A stretch of DNA of 64,000 nucleotides from an uncultured Acidobacteriota bacterium (GTDB lineage: Bacteria > Acidobacteriota > Thermoanaerobaculia > UBA5066 > DATFVB01), in NCBI GenBank assembly GCA_963813155.1, contig CAWEYG010000002.1, forward strand, positions 768,001 through 832,000, read 5' to 3'. Positions 60,758 to 64,000 of the stretch are shown in pieces. The notes beneath the pieces are model-generated. The model made no database searches. It was not told the origin of the DNA and saw nothing but the letters and a program-made list of their open reading frames with translations. Position numbers and translations under genes: made by a program. The number at the start of each line of letters is the position of its first letter. Position 1 is the stretch's first letter.

Positions 60758-61732
60758 ATGGCTCTCCCGAAATTCGCATTCCTCGACGGACGGATCCTGC
60801 CCTATTCCGACGCGAAAGTGGGCCTCCTGACCCACGCGCTCAACTACGGCACGGGGTGCTTTGCCGGGATCCGCGCGTACTGGAGCGCGGATGAAAACGA
60901 GCTCTTCGTCTTTCGCCCCCACGATCACTTCGTCCGCTTCCTGGAATCCTCGAGGCTTCTCGCGATGCAGATTCCCTTTTCCGCCGGGGACCTCGCGGGC
61001 CGGCTGGTCGACCTGCTGAGGAAAGAAGAGCTGCGCGAGGACTGCTACATTCGGCCGCTCGCGTTTCTCTCCGAAGAGACGATCGGCGTGCGCCTGCACG
61101 GGCTGAAGAGCTCCGTGTCGATCGTCGCGTTTCCGTTCGGCAAATATCTCGACCGGCCGGAGGGAGCGCACCTGACGGTCTCTTCCTGGAGGCGGATCGA
61201 CGACAACGTGATTCCCCCGAGGGGAAAGATCACCGGCGGCTATGCGAACTCGGCCCTCGCGAAGACCGACGCGCAAAACGCCGGCTTCGACGACGCGATT
61301 CTCCTCGATTCGCAGGGGAAGGTCAGCGAGGCGACCGTGTCGAACGTCTTTCTCGTGCGGCGCGGCGAGGTCGTCACTCCCCGAACGACCGACAGCGTTC
61401 TGGAAGGAATCACGAGACGCACCGTCGCCACTCTCCTCGAGCGGGAGCTCGGGCGCCCGGTCGTCGAGCGGGCGATCGATCGTACCGAGCTGTTTCTCGC
61501 CGAGGAAGTGTTTCTCGCGGGAACGGGCGTCGAAATCATCCCGGTCACCCGCATCGATCACCGCCCGGTCGGCTCCGGGTCTCCGGGACCGATCACCGAA
61601 CAGATCCGAAAGACGTTCTTCGACGCCGTCCGGGGAAAGACGGCCCTCTATCGTTCCTGGTGCGAGCCGGTTTACTCGAGACCGGCCGCCGCGGCGGAGG
61701 CCGCGCCGTCCCTGGAGGCCGTGCGCGGATGA
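60758..61732 (+). CDS. ilvE: Branched-chain amino acid aminotransferase
   Basis: THALNYGTGCFAGIRAY, KITGGYANS, SEATVSNVF, LEGITR, EEVFLAGT. Confidence 0.92.
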   Translation: MALPKFAFLDGRILPYSDAKVGLLTHALNYGTGCFAGIRAYWSADENELFVFRPHDHFVRFLESSRLLAMQIPFSAGDLAGRLVDLLRKEELREDCYIRPLAFLSEETIGVRLHGLKSSVSIVAFPFGKYLDRPEGAHLTVSSWRRIDDNVIPPRGKITGGYANSALAKTDAQNAGFDDAILLDSQGKVSEATVSNVFLVRRGEVVTPRTTDSVLEGITRRTVATLLERELGRPVVERAIDRTELFLAEEVFLAGTGVEIIPVTRIDHRPVGSGSPGPITEQIRKTFFDAVRGKTALYRSWCEPVYSRPAAAAEAAPSLEAVRG

Positions 61733-62559
61733 AACTCTCGCTCATCGACGCGTTCACCGACGAGCCCTTCTCCGGAAACGCGGCGGCCGTCTGCCTGCTC
61801 GACGGAGAACGCGAAACCGCGTGGATGCAGTCGCTCGCCCGCGAGCTCGGCTATTCGGAAACCGCTTTTCTCCTGCGCGAAGGGGCGCGATATCGGCTCC
61901 GGTGGTTCACTCCGACGGTGGAGGTCGAGCTGTGCGGGCACGCGACGCTCGCGAGCTCCCATTTTCTCTGGGAGAGCGGCATCGAAACAACCGGTTCGCC
62001 GCTGGAGTTCGCGACTCGAAGCGGGATCCTCCGGGCATGGCGGCGAGGGGTCGAGATCGAGCTCGATTTTCCGGCGGAACCCGCCCGCGCGGAACCGGCG
62101 CCCGCCGCGCTCGCCGCGGCTCTCGGCGTCCGGCCCGTCTGGACCGGAAGGAACCGGCTCGATTTCCTGCTTCTCGTCGAAACGCAGGAGGAGGTTCGGG
62201 CGATCCGGCCCGACTTCGAGGGAGTTCGCCGGGAAACGGGAGGCGGCCGCGGCGTCATCGTGACGAGCCGGGCGGCGTCTCCGGACTTGGATTTCGTGTC
62301 GCGCTACTTCGCCCCCGCCGCCGGGATCGATGAAGACCCGGTGACGGGCTCCACCCACTGCTGCCTGGGGCCGTTCTGGGCGGAGCGGCTGGGAAAACGG
62401 GATCTCCGGGCGGCCCAGCTCTCCGCCCGGGGCGGCCGGCTCTCGGTCCGAATCGGGGAGGAAAACCGCGTGTTTCTCGGAGGATCCGCGGTAACCGTCT
62501 TTCGGGGAGAGCTCGCTTCGCTGGAAAAAAGAGAAGTCTCGGAAGTTCGGCTGAAATAA
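61729..62559 (+). CDS. PhzF family epimerase
   Basis: DAFTDEPFSGNAAAV, SETAF, EVELCGHATL, EDPVTGS. Confidence 0.92.
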   Translation: MKLSLIDAFTDEPFSGNAAAVCLLDGERETAWMQSLARELGYSETAFLLREGARYRLRWFTPTVEVELCGHATLASSHFLWESGIETTGSPLEFATRSGILRAWRRGVEIELDFPAEPARAEPAPAALAAALGVRPVWTGRNRLDFLLLVETQEEVRAIRPDFEGVRRETGGGRGVIVTSRAASPDLDFVSRYFAPAAGIDEDPVTGSTHCCLGPFWAERLGKRDLRAAQLSARGGRLSVRIGEENRVFLGGSAVTVFRGELASLEKREVSEVRLK

Positions 62560-62635
62560 AAGGCGAATCGGAGTCGTTTTCCCAGACGAGGGGAAAACCC
62601 TCGCGCCTCTCCAAATCGTCTCACCCCATGAGATC

Positions 62636-62674
62636 GGGGCGCGGAACGGCCGAAAGGTTCTGCTCCGCGCCCCG
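62636..62674. terminator. GC hairpin between convergent genes
   Basis: CGGGGCGCGGA...TCCGCGCCCCG. Confidence 0.55.
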
Positions 62675-62685
62675 CCCCACCATTC

Positions 62686-64000
62686 CTATTTTTGAATTCC
62701 TTTCCAGGTCGCGATGAGGCGCTCGAAATCGGCGCGGGCGCTCTCGAGCTCGGCGAGCGCCTGCTCGGTCGGCGCGACGTCGGCGCTTTCGATCGCCTGA
62801 AACGCGGCAGAGGCCCGGGCGTTGACGGACTCAAAGCTGTTTTTCCCCGAGGAGAGCGACGCGACCGCGTCGGACGGCTTGCGCTTCTGGAGCTCTTTCG
62901 CGTCTTCGAGCGCCGCGTAGGAAAGACTCATCAGCTGCGCCGCGTGCTTCGCCGCGTCGAACTGCCGGGCGAGGTCTTCGGCCGTCGCGTGCACGCGCGG
63001 GTCCATCCGAAGAGTCCACGACTGGGTCTGGCTCTTTCCGCCGATTGTCAGTCGAGCCGAATATTTCCCCGGTGGAACGAGAATTCCGTCCGGCTCGATC
63101 GGGGTGTCTTCTCCCCAGATCGCGGCGATCGAGAAGTCGTAGGCCGCGCTCTTCGGACGCTCGGAGCGCAGGTCCCAGACGAAACGGTGGTGTCCCGGCG
63201 CGGCCGAGAGAGGAGGTTCCGGCTTGAGCCAGGCCTCGACGAAATACCGCTCCGCGGCCGCGGAGGCGATCTTGTCTTCGCTGGAAACCCGGCGCACGAC
63301 GTTGCCCTGCGAATCGAGGATCTCGAGAGAGACCGGACCGTCGGCTCGGGATCGGATCACGTAGTCGATCACGGCTCCCGCGGGGGGATTGGGCCCGAGC
63401 GGCGTCTCCGGCGGCAGCGGCGTGTCGTGGTTCTCGTTGCGCCGCACGCGAACGGCCTCGGCGGGGCGGAAAAGGTGCCACGGGGCCTGCGCCACGTCAG
63501 GCGACAGCTCGCGCAGGGGCGAAACGTCGTCGAGCACCCAGATCGCGCGCCCCTGAGTCGCCGCGATCAGGTCGTTCCCGTGGACGAGAAGGTCGCCGAC
63601 CCAGACGGTCGGAAGATTCAGGCTCAGGGACTGCCAGGAGGCGCCGTCGTCGGGCGAAACGAAGACCCCCGAGCTCGTGCCGGCATAGATCAGGCCGCGG
63701 CGCGCCGGATCGGCCCGGACGACCTGGACGAACCCGTCGCGAGGAAGTCCCTTCGCGATCGCGGTCCATGTCCGTCCGCCATCGTGCGTGGCGTACGCGT
63801 GCGGCGTGAAGTCGTCCAGCCGGTGGGTGTCGACGGCCGCGTAGACGGTCGCGGGATCGAGCGCCGACACGTCGAGCGTCGCGATCTTGCTCCAGGGGGC
63901 GATCCCCTTCGGCGTCACGTCGGACCAGCTCTTCCCGCCGTCTCGAGTCACCTGGATCCTGCCGTTGTCGGTGCCGATCCAGATCTCGTCGTCGGTCTTC
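62686..64000 (-). CDS. VPS10/BNR-repeat glycosyl-hydrolase-like protein (5' partial)
   Basis: TRDGGKSW, THDGGRTW and SPDDGASW Asp-boxes; DLIAATQGR; NPPAGAVIDY C-domain. Confidence 0.88.
   Translation of the reverse strand, partial: KTDDEIWIGTDNGRIQVTRDGGKSWSDVTPKGIAPWSKIATLDVSALDPATVYAAVDTHRLDDFTPHAYATHDGGRTWTAIAKGLPRDGFVQVVRADPARRGLIYAGTSSGVFVSPDDGASWQSLSLNLPTVWVGDLLVHGNDLIAATQGRAIWVLDDVSPLRELSPDVAQAPWHLFRPAEAVRVRRNENHDTPLPPETPLGPNPPAGAVIDYVIRSRADGPVSLEILDSQGNVVRRVSSEDKIASAAAERYFVEAWLKPEPPLSAAPGHHRFVWDLRSERPKSAAYDFSIAAIWGEDTPIEPDGILVPPGKYSARLTIGGKSQTQSWTLRMDPRVHATAEDLARQFDAAKHAAQLMSLSYAALEDAKELQKRKPSDAVASLSSGKNSFESVNARASAAFQAIESADVAPTEQALAELESARADFERLIATWKGIQK

Overview
High-GC bacterial chromosomal window. 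Gene content (tandem Ser/Thr kinase-beta-propeller genes, VPS10/BNR hydrolase, reaction-centre-type cytochrome c, recurrent secreted domains) suggests Acidobacteriota, probably Thermoanaerobaculia-like (inference). Left to right it contains: three tandem Hanks kinases; DUF885; a diheme cytochrome c fusion; a secreted fibre-like protein with a frameshifted paralog 12 kb away; an accessory block (LysR, isochorismatase, M13-like peptidase with HDxxH, SRPBCC/ArsR, secreted protein) ending at tRNA-Asn; fbp, ppa, typA; a Kdp locus with a split KdpD, two small membrane peptides and two divergent porins; MFS, phosphoesterase and Slt; rpsU-mutS2-dnaG-rpoD with a Kelch gene and tRNA-Ile2; a Zn-ribbon-rnhA-yggS-yggT-divIVA-hutI-cyclodeaminase operon; a cobalamin-riboswitch BtuB/PduO unit; MocR-ilvE-phzF; and a partial BNR hydrolase. 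Several single-base indels break conserved genes and are probably sequencing errors. I saw no CRISPR array, integrase, transposase or reverse transcriptase. Best leads: the paired secreted fibre-like proteins (conserved anchor, variable shaft, chaperone-like C-terminus, shared leader); a -10 box 6-8 nt before many start codons, implying leaderless mRNAs; the envelope-spanning Kdp system; and a TM-less member of the kinase array.
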